From NCBI GenBank assembly GCA_030603365.1, contig JAUVXV010000002.1:224001-288000 (forward strand): DNA of 64,000 bases, written 5' to 3'. This document shows positions 10,778 through 21,196 of the stretch, piece after piece (within the stretch, counting starts at the first letter, position 1; each line of letters opens with the position of its first letter). Source of the stretch: Candidatus Heimdallarchaeota archaeon. Its GTDB lineage: Archaea > Asgardarchaeota > Heimdallarchaeia > Heimdallarchaeales > Heimdallarchaeaceae. Position numbers and translations under genes: made by a program. The notes under the pieces were generated by a model that saw only the letters and a program-made list of their open reading frames with translations, ran no database searches and was not told the origin of the DNA.

Positions 10778-10872
10778 AAACTACCACTTGTATATCTATT
10801 TGTTACTCAATTATAAAGTAATTCTAAAAAGAATACTTGTGTATTGATTAACACAAATTCGATAATGGCAAA

Positions 10873-11751
10873 TTAGAACATTAATGGCCATGGAGCATTG
10901 AATAGAAACCAATAAGCATAGTTACTAAAGAAGAATAATGCGAAAAACAGTCCTGTTAATAGAATTGGGACTAGTATGAAGATTATTGTTTCTTTGAACT
11001 TTCTATAGTATTCTGATTCTTTTATTTTTATTTCTTCTGAAGAGAATAGAGTTTTGAACAGCAAAACTAGAACTATTGAACCATAGTAGACCGAGAAGAA
11101 TAAATGGAGGATATATTTCAAATGGTCTTTCCAAACGAATGAATTTTTGATTTTTCTTATTGTCAAAAAAGCAGTCAAAGCTAAAATTACAGCTATTATT
11201 AGATATACTACAACTAAAATAGTAAATGTTTGAGCATGTTCAGTTCCTAAATTATATGAGAACCAGAATTTATCACCGGAAAAAAGATAATACCAAGGGA
11301 GAGATGTTAAACTAAAATCATATTTAATGTACTGAAAGAATATTGCTCCTCTTACATCTGTAGTTAAGAGATGTGTTGAATAACGAAGAAGAATCAATAC
11401 TGTATTTACTACAAAAGCTATGATTGTTGCTATTTGCATGAGGAATGACAGCATATATTCTCTGTCTGATTTTTCCTTTAGTACATATAGCCATGTTACA
11501 TTAAATATATACGAAATAACTAAAACGAAGAAACCTGCTGATATTAGAAAGAAAAGCGTTTGTAAAGCTGATTGCCAGACTGACTCAAATTCTACAAAGA
11601 AACCACCAACTAATGAAAGAGAACCTAGAATTAGACTTAAAACGAAGAGCCATGTTTTTTCATACCATCTTCTATTCATTTCTTTTATTTCTGCTACTAA
11701 TTCTTCTGTGTTAGTCTCCTCAACTTCTGCAGATTCTGCTTTTTCAGTCAT
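10873..11751 (-). CDS. Hypothetical multi-pass membrane protein
   Basis: 292-aa ORF with about 6 hydrophobic segments; no family recognised. Confidence 0.7.
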   Translation of the reverse strand: MTEKAESAEVEETNTEELVAEIKEMNRRWYEKTWLFVLSLILGSLSLVGGFFVEFESVWQSALQTLFFLISAGFFVLVISYIFNVTWLYVLKEKSDREYMLSFLMQIATIIAFVVNTVLILLRYSTHLLTTDVRGAIFFQYIKYDFSLTSLPWYYLFSGDKFWFSYNLGTEHAQTFTILVVVYLIIAVILALTAFLTIRKIKNSFVWKDHLKYILHLFFSVYYGSIVLVLLFKTLFSSEEIKIKESEYYRKFKETIIFILVPILLTGLFFALFFFSNYAYWFLFNAPWPLMF

Positions 11752-11853
11752 TAATGAAATTAGTTTGGGAAACGATAATAAATCTATCGAACAAACCAGA
11801 AAGATTCTATTAGAAAGGAAATTGTTAAAATCTTAAAGATACTTACAAATTCA

Positions 11854-12894
11854 ATGGAAGTTGATTATTCAGTATTTGGAGTGCTTAACTTTGAACAACT
11901 AGAGAAGTTCTCCAAAAGGTTCAGTATCAATCCAAAAGATATCAGAGCTAATTTCGATGGATGGAGGAAATTAGTTCTTTATTCAGAGGACAGGGTGTTT
12001 ATTTTTCCTCGTGACCCTAGAGGAGTAGAATGGTTAGAAACAGAAATTTCTGCTTATGAGTTTCTAAATAAATATAGTGATCTTCCAATTCCAAAATTAA
12101 AAGAAAGGATTTCCGATTCTGAAATATCTTATTATGAATTTGCAGAAGTTTCTAGATTGAAGGGAGTACCTTATTCGAAACTTGAAGACAATATTAGTGA
12201 ACAAAATGTTACAGAATTACAAGTCAATTTAGCTAACTTGTTTTCACTATGGCATAATATTTCTATCCAAGAAATTCCCTCAAAGATAGCAAAAAGACAA
12301 ATTTTCGATCCAAGTCTGTATGAATTTGAAATCAAGTTACTGGATTCAACTTCTACTGTAGAAGCATTTGACTATGTCTATCAAAAGATAATTGATTATT
12401 CTAAACAACACTATATCCAACATTCTATACTACTAGAAGAATCGACTAGAAAGAATTGGGAGAAAATTATTTTAGAAATTGTTTCATTAAATTCCATACT
12501 ACTCCATGGTGATATTCATGAAGATCAAATTCTGGTTAAATCAGAAGAAAATATGAAGATAACTGGCATACTAGACTGGGAAACAGTATGGATAGGAAAT
12601 CCGATATGGGAGTTTAATTTCTTTGAATGGGGGTTCGGGATATGGAAATGGTGGGAGAATTTTTCTGATATTCGAAGAGTAATATGGAAAGAATATCTAG
12701 AAAAAAGGAACCTTAAACTAGCAACGTTGGAAGGATTAAATCTAATTTATACAATCTTTGAATTTCTGAGAGTTCTAAAATCAAATACAAGTTTACAAAA
12801 ACTAATTGGCAAAGATAAAGAAGAATCTGCAAGAAAATGTGTTGAGAGATTAGTAAAAATAACAGAAAAAATAAAAGACGAAAACGAAGGATGA
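11854..12894 (+). CDS. Aminoglycoside phosphotransferase (APH)/kinase-like family protein
   Basis: LLHGDIHEDQILV (Brenner motif variant) and GILDWE...GNP. Confidence 0.85.
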   Translation: MEVDYSVFGVLNFEQLEKFSKRFSINPKDIRANFDGWRKLVLYSEDRVFIFPRDPRGVEWLETEISAYEFLNKYSDLPIPKLKERISDSEISYYEFAEVSRLKGVPYSKLEDNISEQNVTELQVNLANLFSLWHNISIQEIPSKIAKRQIFDPSLYEFEIKLLDSTSTVEAFDYVYQKIIDYSKQHYIQHSILLEESTRKNWEKIILEIVSLNSILLHGDIHEDQILVKSEENMKITGILDWETVWIGNPIWEFNFFEWGFGIWKWWENFSDIRRVIWKEYLEKRNLKLATLEGLNLIYTIFEFLRVLKSNTSLQKLIGKDKEESARKCVERLVKITEKIKDENEG

Positions 12895-12908
12895 CCTGGT
12901 CCTCCCAT

Positions 12909-14933
12909 TCATCCTCTCTTCTTCTTCATCTGTTTTACTTCATCTTTCTTTCCTGTTTTCTTCTTCTCTTTGAAATGCTGATTCATTTGCTTTTTATCAG
13001 GCCTTCCACCAGTTCCTCCTCCCATCACACTTGGTCCGCCTGCTCCTGCATGAGTAGGTACTTTCATTGGTTTCTTTTGAATTTCTTCATCGATTGTTTC
13101 AGGATCTAAATCATCTATAGAGAGATCAATATCACCAAGTCCCTGATGAACATAGTAAGTATTGTACAAATCTGCATAGATACCATCAAGTTCCATCAGT
13201 TCATCATGAGAACCAAATTCCATAAGCTTGCCCTGTTCAAGCACTACTATTCTATCTGCATCTTTTATTGTAGAGAGTCTATGCGCAATCACAAATGTTG
13301 TTCTCCCTTTGAAGAGTTCCCTTTGAGCAGCTTGAACAAGAGATTCAGTATAGGCATCCAATCTACTAGTTGCTTCATCTAGAACGAGTATTCTTGGATC
13401 AGCTAGCATAGTTCGAGCTACTGTTATTATTTGTCTTTGTCCAGCTGATAGTTTCTTTCCACCTTCAACTACTATAGTGTCATAACCTTGTGGAAGAGCT
13501 TCAATAAACTCATCAGCATTGATTCTTTTACTTATAGTATATACATCTTCTCTAGTAGCAGAAGGTGCCCCATATAGGATGTTTTCCATTACAGTTCCAT
13601 TGAACAGAAATGGTTCCTGTGTAACTAAACCGATTGCGTTTCTTAACGAAGATTGTTTAACATCACGAATATCCTGTGTTCCTATCTTAATAGAACCTTC
13701 ATTTACATCATAGAATCTTGTCAGAAGGGATGAAAATAGTGTTGTTTTACCAGCTCCTGTATGACCTACACAAGCAACCATTTCTCCAGCCTTAGCTGTG
13801 AATGAAACATCTTTAAGAACATAAGTATCATCAATATAAGCAAAACCTACATTTTCGAAATGAACGTTATCATCTACATCTTGTAGCTCTGCAGCATCAA
13901 TTTTGTCTGCAATTGCGGGTTTGGCTTCAAAAATATCTATGATCCTGTCCATTGCTCCTAAAGCTGATTCTAATTGAGGAAACATCATGGATAACATAAC
14001 CATTGGGAAAAGGAAAGATTGAGATAACTGAATAGCTGTATAAATATCTCCTAACGGAATTCCTGTAGTTTGATTAATCCAACCACTAGCATAGATAATA
14101 GCTATGAACAAACCATAACTTAGAGCTGTCATTGTGGGATGCATAAACATCATCAAGAACCCAAACTGTCTGGAGTATTTGTAGTGTTGATAGTTAAGTT
14201 CTCGTAACTCTGTTGCTAGTTCTTCTTCTCTGTTAAATGATTTAGCTACTGCTATCCCTTCAAGTCCTTCTGCCATCTTTCCTGAAACTACACCAAAAGC
14301 TCTTCTTGTTCTTAGAACTATTTTTCGAGCAAAGAAGCTTAGAATTTTTGCCATTAAGAAAGCAAAAGGAACAGCTGCTAAGGTAATCACTCCAATTATC
14401 CAATTAGTTACCATCAACCAGACAAAAGAACCTACTATTACCAACACTTGAGAAATAACAGCAGCTGATAGCAGTAAACCTGTCGCTAGTTCTCCAGTAT
14501 CTGCAGTTACTCTAGCTGTAATGTTTCCTGATTGTTCATTTTTCAGATAAGACATATCTGAATAACTTAGTTTTTCATAGAGATCATACCTAACCTCGTG
14601 AAGCATTTTTGCATTCATTTTTGCTTGAATTCTTGTGGATAGAGAGTTTAGAATCCAACCGAAAAGTGTCAATGAGAAAAATGTTATAGTCAGTCCTATC
14701 AGCAAACTAGTTGCACTTGGGCTCTCAGTTAGAACATTAATCCCACCACCAATGACTATTGGATTTATGACAGACAAGAGAGAATAGACAATAGAAATAG
14801 ATACAACAAGAATTATAGGTTTAATGTATCTTCGAATATACTTCCATAAGCTACCAAGTAGAATCTTTGTCGACCTTGCTCGATCATACTTATCCTGTTC
14901 AAAAGCTCGACCGGGACCTCTACCGTGACTCAT
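12909..14933 (-). CDS. Heterodimeric ABC exporter subunit (TMD+NBD) with consensus catalytic Glu/His
   Basis: Six-TM domain, GHTGAGKTT, LSAGQRQ, LDEATS, IAHRLST. Gly/Lys-rich C-terminal tail. Confidence 0.92.
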   Translation of the reverse strand: MSHGRGPGRAFEQDKYDRARSTKILLGSLWKYIRRYIKPIILVVSISIVYSLLSVINPIVIGGGINVLTESPSATSLLIGLTITFFSLTLFGWILNSLSTRIQAKMNAKMLHEVRYDLYEKLSYSDMSYLKNEQSGNITARVTADTGELATGLLLSAAVISQVLVIVGSFVWLMVTNWIIGVITLAAVPFAFLMAKILSFFARKIVLRTRRAFGVVSGKMAEGLEGIAVAKSFNREEELATELRELNYQHYKYSRQFGFLMMFMHPTMTALSYGLFIAIIYASGWINQTTGIPLGDIYTAIQLSQSFLFPMVMLSMMFPQLESALGAMDRIIDIFEAKPAIADKIDAAELQDVDDNVHFENVGFAYIDDTYVLKDVSFTAKAGEMVACVGHTGAGKTTLFSSLLTRFYDVNEGSIKIGTQDIRDVKQSSLRNAIGLVTQEPFLFNGTVMENILYGAPSATREDVYTISKRINADEFIEALPQGYDTIVVEGGKKLSAGQRQIITVARTMLADPRILVLDEATSRLDAYTESLVQAAQRELFKGRTTFVIAHRLSTIKDADRIVVLEQGKLMEFGSHDELMELDGIYADLYNTYYVHQGLGDIDLSIDDLDPETIDEEIQKKPMKVPTHAGAGGPSVMGGGTGGRPDKKQMNQHFKEKKKTGKKDEVKQMKKKRG

Positions 14934-16870
14934 TAATCTCTACCTCCTTCAATAGAAACTGTATCTGAACAAACATTATCCCCCTCCGCTATTGGTAAGT
15001 GTTGGCACATAAATTGATAATCAGAGCATCGTTTTATCAGCTCAGAATGGCTACCTATATCTACCACTTCACCTCTTTTCATTAGAATTATCAGATCAGC
15101 TGAAACTAGAGTAGTAAGTCTTTGAGTAACAACAATACTAGTTCTACCTTTCATTAGCTCTTCCATTGCATATCTAAGTCGTAATTCTGTTTTGATATCT
15201 ACTGCACTGGTACTATCATCAAGAAGCAACAAACTTGGGTTAGATAATAACGCTCTCGCAATCGCTATCCTCTGCCTTTGTCCACCAGATAATGTAACAC
15301 CTCTCTCACCAATAGTGGTTTGATTTCCTTCTCGTAAAGAATCTATGAATGGTGCTATTTGTGCTCTTTCTGTAGCAATTCTAATCTCTTCATCAGTTGC
15401 AGTTGGTCTAGCAAAAGCAATGTTTGCTCTGATAGTATCTGAGAATAAGAATATATCTTGTTCAACCATCGTTACATTTGATCTTACGTAACTGGTATGC
15501 ATGTCTTTTATATTTGTACCATCAATTTTGATATCTCCTTCAGATGCGTCATATAATCGTAATAGCAGTTTGAGTATTGTTGATTTTCCAGAACCTGGAC
15601 CACCAATGAGAGCTACTCTTGCACCTGATGGAATTGAGAATGATACATCTCTCAGGACTAATTTCTCAGTTCCTGGATATGCAAAATTCACTTTATCAAA
15701 AACTACAGCTCTATTCCAATCACCTTCGATAGGATTGTTAGGTTGTTTAAGAGGATCTTTGAAATCCATTAAATTCCAAAGCCTAGTTGAGTTTTGTAAA
15801 CCAGCTTGAAGCATTATAAGACGTTGTGGAATCATGAAATTCTGTCTATTGAGATTGAGTAATAATGTTAAGATAGATAGCATTATACCAATGCTATTAT
15901 ACCGACCAATTACAATACTGTAAATTCCAAATGCAAAGGCACCAGCTGTTACAACAATGGAGATTACAGCTGGCCAATAAAATGCACTCAAGTATCCTTC
16001 CCTTCTCATATCATCCGCATATTCCAAACTAACCTCATTGAATTTCGCTATCTCCTTATCATGATTGTCAAAAGATCGAACAACATCTACCCCTTTGAAC
16101 ATTTCTTGTGATATAGAGGAAAGCTTTCCTAAATCAGTTGCAAGCTTTTGTCGAATTGGTCCAACTTTTGCAGCGTAAAACCACGCAATTATCAGATATA
16201 ATAAGAAGGAAAATAAAAATACAACTCCAATTATCCAATCATAAGTCCAAAGTAAAGCAGTTGTAATTATAATAGTCATTACTGAACCCAATAAGTTCCT
16301 AATCGCAGGATGGTAAGCCATTCTGACTTGGTTAATCTCATTCATTCCCATAGAGAGAATGACACCAGAATCATTTACATCAAAGAAAGCCATTGAATGA
16401 TCCTGAACTACTTCATAGAATTCTTGTCTCATATCCCTTTGAACCCTGAAAGAGGTATCAGCCCAGATGTAAATGTTTGCACTAAGAGTTATCCAAGCAA
16501 CTAGTACATAAATAATCATCCAAGTTATCGCTCTAGTAAAATCAGGAGTGAATAAGATTAAGCTACTGCCTTCAGATATGGCAGCAATATCTACAACATT
16601 AACAGAAAGGAATTCAGTTAGTTTTAGTGAAAGATTTCTTTGAATTATTCCTAAAACATCTCCTACCATAGCTAATGTTTTGGTTGTGGAGAAAGTGCTG
16701 ACACCCAGAAGAATCGCTGCTAATAGATATCGTAAAGGAAAGCGAGTGAACCCTGACCAAAACCATTTTCTGGAAGTTTTGTATTTCTTTAAAATCGTAC
16801 TCCGAATGTCTATTCCATAGTTGTTTGTTTTTTGTCCTTTTTCATGTGTAGTTGTTGCCAATTTAATCAA
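14933..16870 (-). CDS. Heterodimeric ABC exporter subunit (TMD+NBD) with degenerate Walker B/switch
   Basis: GGPGSGKST, LSGGQRQR, LLLDDSTSAVD (E to D) and VTQR (H to Q), as in TM287/TM288-type heterodimers. Confidence 0.92.
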   Translation of the reverse strand: MIKLATTTHEKGQKTNNYGIDIRSTILKKYKTSRKWFWSGFTRFPLRYLLAAILLGVSTFSTTKTLAMVGDVLGIIQRNLSLKLTEFLSVNVVDIAAISEGSSLILFTPDFTRAITWMIIYVLVAWITLSANIYIWADTSFRVQRDMRQEFYEVVQDHSMAFFDVNDSGVILSMGMNEINQVRMAYHPAIRNLLGSVMTIIITTALLWTYDWIIGVVFLFSFLLYLIIAWFYAAKVGPIRQKLATDLGKLSSISQEMFKGVDVVRSFDNHDKEIAKFNEVSLEYADDMRREGYLSAFYWPAVISIVVTAGAFAFGIYSIVIGRYNSIGIMLSILTLLLNLNRQNFMIPQRLIMLQAGLQNSTRLWNLMDFKDPLKQPNNPIEGDWNRAVVFDKVNFAYPGTEKLVLRDVSFSIPSGARVALIGGPGSGKSTILKLLLRLYDASEGDIKIDGTNIKDMHTSYVRSNVTMVEQDIFLFSDTIRANIAFARPTATDEEIRIATERAQIAPFIDSLREGNQTTIGERGVTLSGGQRQRIAIARALLSNPSLLLLDDSTSAVDIKTELRLRYAMEELMKGRTSIVVTQRLTTLVSADLIILMKRGEVVDIGSHSELIKRCSDYQFMCQHLPIAEGDNVCSDTVSIEGGRD

Positions 16871-17825
16871 GCTCCTCTAATATCTTTGTAATAGATTCTT
16901 TATGTTCTGTTAATTTTGTTTTAAGAAATTCCTTAGCTAAATTCCTCTCTTCCTTGGATTCAATTCTATCTAGATGCTCCTTAATCAGATTAGGATGTCT
17001 GATTAAGAAACGAAAACTTGGTAGAGGTAGACCATATTCCATATACATTCTTGCGAATGGTCTTCCATGATGCTTACCTCGATGAAGCATGATTTCTTTC
17101 CTCATTTCAGGAGGAACATCCTCAGCAAGATTTCTGAAAATTCTTCCAAAGGGATTGAAAATCATTGGTTGCTTCTTCCCTTTCTTGACCATGAAATGTT
17201 TTTCCTCAACGTGGAAAACAAAACCTGTTAAATCTATAAGAGACATTAATGCTTTGGATAAAGTTACCCTACCTACATCTGTTATTTCATAGATTTTCTT
17301 GATTCTATCTCCATCAGAATCTTTTCTAACATACTTAATAAGACCATTTTTCTCTAAAGACTCAATAGTGGGATAAATACCACTTATGTTACTCCAGATG
17401 GTTGTAGTTTTCTTTATTTCTTGAGCAGTTAACTCTAATTCTTCAATGATTTCAGTAAGATATTCAATATCTTTGTTGATTCTAGCTTTGTTTTTTCTAG
17501 TAAGTAAATTTTGAATGTGAGGATTATATTTGAAAATAGAACAGTTTTCTATGTCATTCTCAATAGAATTCTTTTTGGCCTCATATTCTGTACTTTCTTT
17601 ATCCACTGTTGTACTTAATTTATCGAGATCATGAAGAACGCTTAGATGATTATGAATAAAATCAACACCTTTTCTACGATTTTCAAACAGAATATCAGAG
17701 GCTTTAGAACGTATTTCATATGCATGAGAACCATCAGGGGAACGTGCTAAATGAATTAAAATAGCAATTTCACCTAATTTCCTTGCAAGCTTCTCCTCGT
17801 ATTTATTAGTTAAATCTTGAGCCAT
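16863..17825 (-). CDS. PadR-family transcriptional regulator with a large insertion inside the wHTH (paralog 2)
   Basis: Probable start is ATG 17825 after a GGTGA RBS (the ORF track extends to 17945). Motifs ILIHLARSPDGSHAYEI and WSNISGIYPTIESLEKNGLI...RIKKIYEITDVGR. Confidence 0.8.
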   Translation of the reverse strand: MAQDLTNKYEEKLARKLGEIAILIHLARSPDGSHAYEIRSKASDILFENRRKGVDFIHNHLSVLHDLDKLSTTVDKESTEYEAKKNSIENDIENCSIFKYNPHIQNLLTRKNKARINKDIEYLTEIIEELELTAQEIKKTTTIWSNISGIYPTIESLEKNGLIKYVRKDSDGDRIKKIYEITDVGRVTLSKALMSLIDLTGFVFHVEEKHFMVKKGKKQPMIFNPFGRIFRNLAEDVPPEMRKEIMLHRGKHHGRPFARMYMEYGLPLPSFRFLIRHPNLIKEHLDRIESKEERNLAKEFLKTKLTEHKESITKILEELD

Positions 17826-17883
17826 TTTTTCTTTCACCAATGGAAATTTCACACACAGTATTATATACATATTATAATTTTTA

Positions 17884-17907
17884 TAATATTCTGTTTTTAG
17901 AATATTA
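17884..17907. promoter_or_regulatory. Palindromic operator AATATTC-N8-GAATATT upstream of the PadR-2/ABC exporter operon
   Basis: tAATATTCtgtttttaGAATATTa; same arms and spacing as the site at 21122-21145. Confidence 0.7.
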
Positions 17908-18006
17908 ATAAATCTTACTATTTGACAATACGATGAATTAATCATTCTGCACGCATAATGCTTAAAAAAATTAAAAAAAGAGAATAGAAATAATCTTCAA
18001 AGGAGT

Positions 18007-18972
18007 TTATAGCTTCTTCAATAATTTATCAATCATTTTTCTTCGGTCTAACAGCCTTTTCCTTATGAAGGATTTCAGAAAATTCCTATCTTCTTCAGAA
18101 TCAGTAGCATCTAGGTGATCTTCTAGCAGATCTGGATGATTAACAAGAAAGTTCAGTTTAGGATAGGTTATTCCTTGTTCCATCACAGTAAAAATATAAG
18201 GCATTTCTTGGGGCTTATTTCTAAAAGAATCAAGTTTCTTCTTAAATTCGGGGGTTAAATCATCAGTTAGGGTCACAAGAATCTTTCTGAGAGGAAGCAG
18301 CCTAGATGGTAAGATTCCTTCAGATTGATGAATAGTTTTGTTTGTTTCAGTTTCAAAGATGAATGAAGATATATCCAAGAGTGAAGACATAACTCTGGAA
18401 AGTGATTTTCGCCCAATGTCTGTAATTATATAGATTTTCTTCAGCCTACCACCTTCTGGATCTTCTTTCATCATTTCAATTAAACCATTTTTCTCAAGCG
18501 AATCAATTGCGGGATATATCCCTGAAACATTGCTCCAAATAACTGAAGTTTCTATTATATCTATAGTTGAAATCGCTATATCTGCGATCAAATCTCTTGT
18601 GTATTCTATGTCCTCTTTACTAAGTGTGTAGTTTTCTGAAAGAATTTGTTGAAATCGTACATTATGTTTTAAAATGAGAAAATTATCAATTTCTTCTTTT
18701 ATTTCTTTCCTCTTTTCTTTAAAGTCTGAAGAATCAGTATTATATTGCGAAAGGAGTTCATTCAGCTCATTGAGTACTTTTAGATGCTTTTGAATTAAAA
18801 CTGCCTCTTGATTTTTTTTCTCAAAGAAAATTTCTGATGCTTTTTGACGCATTTCATAAGCATGCGAACCTTCTGGAGATTTAGCTAGATGTAAGAGAAT
18901 AGCTACTTCACCTAATTTTCTTATGAATTTTTCCTCATACTTTTCAATTACTGCATCTGAATCAGTACTCAT
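18007..18972 (-). CDS. PadR-family transcriptional regulator with a large insertion inside the wHTH (paralog 1)
   Basis: Probable start is ATG 18972 after GGTG. Motifs ILLHLAKSPEGSHAYEM and WSNVSGIYPAIDSLEKNGLI...GRLKKIYIITDIGR. Collinear with paralog 2. Confidence 0.8.
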   Translation of the reverse strand: MSTDSDAVIEKYEEKFIRKLGEVAILLHLAKSPEGSHAYEMRQKASEIFFEKKNQEAVLIQKHLKVLNELNELLSQYNTDSSDFKEKRKEIKEEIDNFLILKHNVRFQQILSENYTLSKEDIEYTRDLIADIAISTIDIIETSVIWSNVSGIYPAIDSLEKNGLIEMMKEDPEGGRLKKIYIITDIGRKSLSRVMSSLLDISSFIFETETNKTIHQSEGILPSRLLPLRKILVTLTDDLTPEFKKKLDSFRNKPQEMPYIFTVMEQGITYPKLNFLVNHPDLLEDHLDATDSEEDRNFLKSFIRKRLLDRRKMIDKLLKKL

Positions 18973-18986
18973 TTTCACACCTTGTC

Positions 18987-19763
18987 TCAATCATTGTTTC
19001 TGAATGGATTTAGCCTATCTCTGGTAATCTCACCATCTGTAATCATAACATCTCTAGAAGAGAATTCTGCTAGTTTAGGATCGTGAGAAACAGCTAATAT
19101 GGTAGTTCCTTTTTCTTTATTTATTTTCCTAAGAAGTTCAAGAACTTCTCCACCTGTTTGAGAGTCTAGATTTCCTGTTGGTTCATCCGCTAGAACTATA
19201 GGTGGTTCATTGATCAATGCTCTACAAATAGCAACTCGCTGCTTCTGTCCTCCAGAAAGTTCAGTAGGTTTATGATGCATACGGTCTTCTAAACCAGCGA
19301 TTTTCATCAGCTCGTTAGCTCTTGCTTTATCTTCCTTACTTATACCATAAGGTAAGAGAGGTAAGAGAACATTATCACGAGCAGAGAGTGTATCGATTAG
19401 AAAGATATCCTGAAAAACAAATCCTATCTTGTTCTTTCGGATAGTACTTAGCTTACGTTGATTCATCTGTGTAATTTCTGTTCCATCGATGAAAACTTCT
19501 CCACTAGTTGATGATGCCATGCACCCAAGTATTGTGAGGAGAGTACTTTTTCCACTTCCACTTGGACCCATTATTGTGATGAATTCTCCTCTTTCAACTT
19601 TGAAATTTACACCTCGTAAAGCTTGAACTTCAGCTGGAGAACCCTCAAAGAATTTTCTCCACAAATCTTTAATTTCAATAATAAGATCAGTAGAATCTTT
19701 TATTACTTCGCTTGCAATTTTAAGATGTTTCTGTGTTTCGTCTGTACTTACCATCATAATCAC
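18987..19763 (-). CDS. LolD/MacB-type ABC ATP-binding protein
   Basis: [40 protein letters not shown]. Confidence 0.93.
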   Translation of the reverse strand: MIMMVSTDETQKHLKIASEVIKDSTDLIIEIKDLWRKFFEGSPAEVQALRGVNFKVERGEFITIMGPSGSGKSTLLTILGCMASSTSGEVFIDGTEITQMNQRKLSTIRKNKIGFVFQDIFLIDTLSARDNVLLPLLPYGISKEDKARANELMKIAGLEDRMHHKPTELSGGQKQRVAICRALINEPPIVLADEPTGNLDSQTGGEVLELLRKINKEKGTTILAVSHDPKLAEFSSRDVMITDGEITRDRLNPFRNND

Positions 19764-21095
19764 CTAACTTCCTTGTAAAACCTCCATAGGTTTAACAGAA
19801 CTTGCTCTAATTCCAGGATAAAGTCCGCCCAATATCCCTATTCCTACTGCGATGGCTATAGCTGTGAAGAATATTCCTGGAGTTATTACAGCAGAAAATG
19901 GCATTCCACCAGCTGCTGTTGAAGCCATCAATCTTTCAAGACCTTTTATAGACAAGAAGGAGAATATAATTCCAACTAACGATCCGGCTATACCTAGTGT
20001 AATGCTTTCAATTAATACTGAGTAGAGAATGTGACCTTCTTTCCAGCCTGTAGCTTTTAAAATAGCAAATTCTTTAGATCTTCCTTCGACTCCAACTAGT
20101 TGTGCTATTATTACACCCATACTACCAGAAATTACTACTATTATGGTAACAACGCTTATCACTATATCCTGAGTTGCCATTAAATCATCCATTGTTTCAA
20201 GTGCTGAAGCTAAGGATAATGAGGCAAATTTCATTTCTGGATATTGAATTTCCAGGTAAGCTATTAGTTCATCTATAAACTTGTTGACATCTTCTGAATT
20301 ATCAATTGATGTACGTACTGCAACAACATTGGGATTATCGATTCCAAAATGAGTGGGATCTAAACCAAAGGGAGTATAATGAAACATATAGTTCATTGTA
20401 TCGTTTCGCAACAGTTCAAATAGAACATTGTTAGTCACATTAATTGGCACATAGATATCATATCCTGTTACCATTATGGACTGTTGGATTCCACCAACAT
20501 CAGCTGATGTTATACCAACGATTTCTAAATCATAAGTGTAAGTTGTGTTAACCGAAATTGAAAATGTTTTTCCTATGTCAAATACCTCTGAATTATTTTC
20601 AAAGAGTGCATAAGGAATGATACATTCATCTTGATTGAATTCGAAATAACTTGACTCTTCAGTCAATTCCTCCAATTCAGAGTAAATCTCAGTGAAATCA
20701 TCTAAATCTTCTATCCCCCTAATGTTAATCCCCATAGGCGTTCCAAATACTGTCGTACCTAATATATCCGTATAGTTGTTAACCGTAGCTGGTAAAATCT
20801 GCTCAGTTGCTACTGCAGAAATTGCTGAGCTATTTTCAAAATTCATTATAGTGTCTGTGATATTAGCTGGTAACTGAGAGGCATACGTAAAGGGTGTATC
20901 CTTCTCCTGTAACTGAAAAGTTCCAACTAATTCACTAAAAATATCGTTGAAAGTTTCATCCATTCCAGTTGTAAAAGCATTAATTGTAACTTGCATGGTA
21001 ATAGCTATAGTAATACCTGTAATTGCAAGAATGGCAACGATCTTTCTTCTAAACGCGTTTTTAAACGCAAACCATGTAACTTTTCCAATCTTCAT
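19764..21095 (-). CDS. MacB/FtsX-type ABC permease
   Basis: FKNAFRRK plus TM, large extracellular loop, RSKEFAILKATGW, GGLYPGIRASSVKPMEVL. Confidence 0.92.
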   Translation of the reverse strand: MKIGKVTWFAFKNAFRRKIVAILAITGITIAITMQVTINAFTTGMDETFNDIFSELVGTFQLQEKDTPFTYASQLPANITDTIMNFENSSAISAVATEQILPATVNNYTDILGTTVFGTPMGINIRGIEDLDDFTEIYSELEELTEESSYFEFNQDECIIPYALFENNSEVFDIGKTFSISVNTTYTYDLEIVGITSADVGGIQQSIMVTGYDIYVPINVTNNVLFELLRNDTMNYMFHYTPFGLDPTHFGIDNPNVVAVRTSIDNSEDVNKFIDELIAYLEIQYPEMKFASLSLASALETMDDLMATQDIVISVVTIIVVISGSMGVIIAQLVGVEGRSKEFAILKATGWKEGHILYSVLIESITLGIAGSLVGIIFSFLSIKGLERLMASTAAGGMPFSAVITPGIFFTAIAIAVGIGILGGLYPGIRASSVKPMEVLQGS

Positions 21096-21121
21096 ATAAT
21101 TAACCTCTTGTTCAGAATCGG

Positions 21122-21145
21122 CAATATTCAGATTTCTGAATATTG
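21122..21145. promoter_or_regulatory. Perfect inverted repeat CAATATTCAGA-TT-TCTGAATATTG; probable repressor operator
   Basis: Lies between a minus-strand TATA-like box (21159-21166) and the permease start at 21095. Confidence 0.75.
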
Positions 21146-21196
21146 GTAAAAATGAACATATATAAAAGTAACTATTTGCAAAAGAACAAAGAGTGA

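Noticed and set aside
17826-17945. N-terminal extension of PadR-2
   Set aside because: Covers the RBS and operator; the paralog alignment begins at MAQD.
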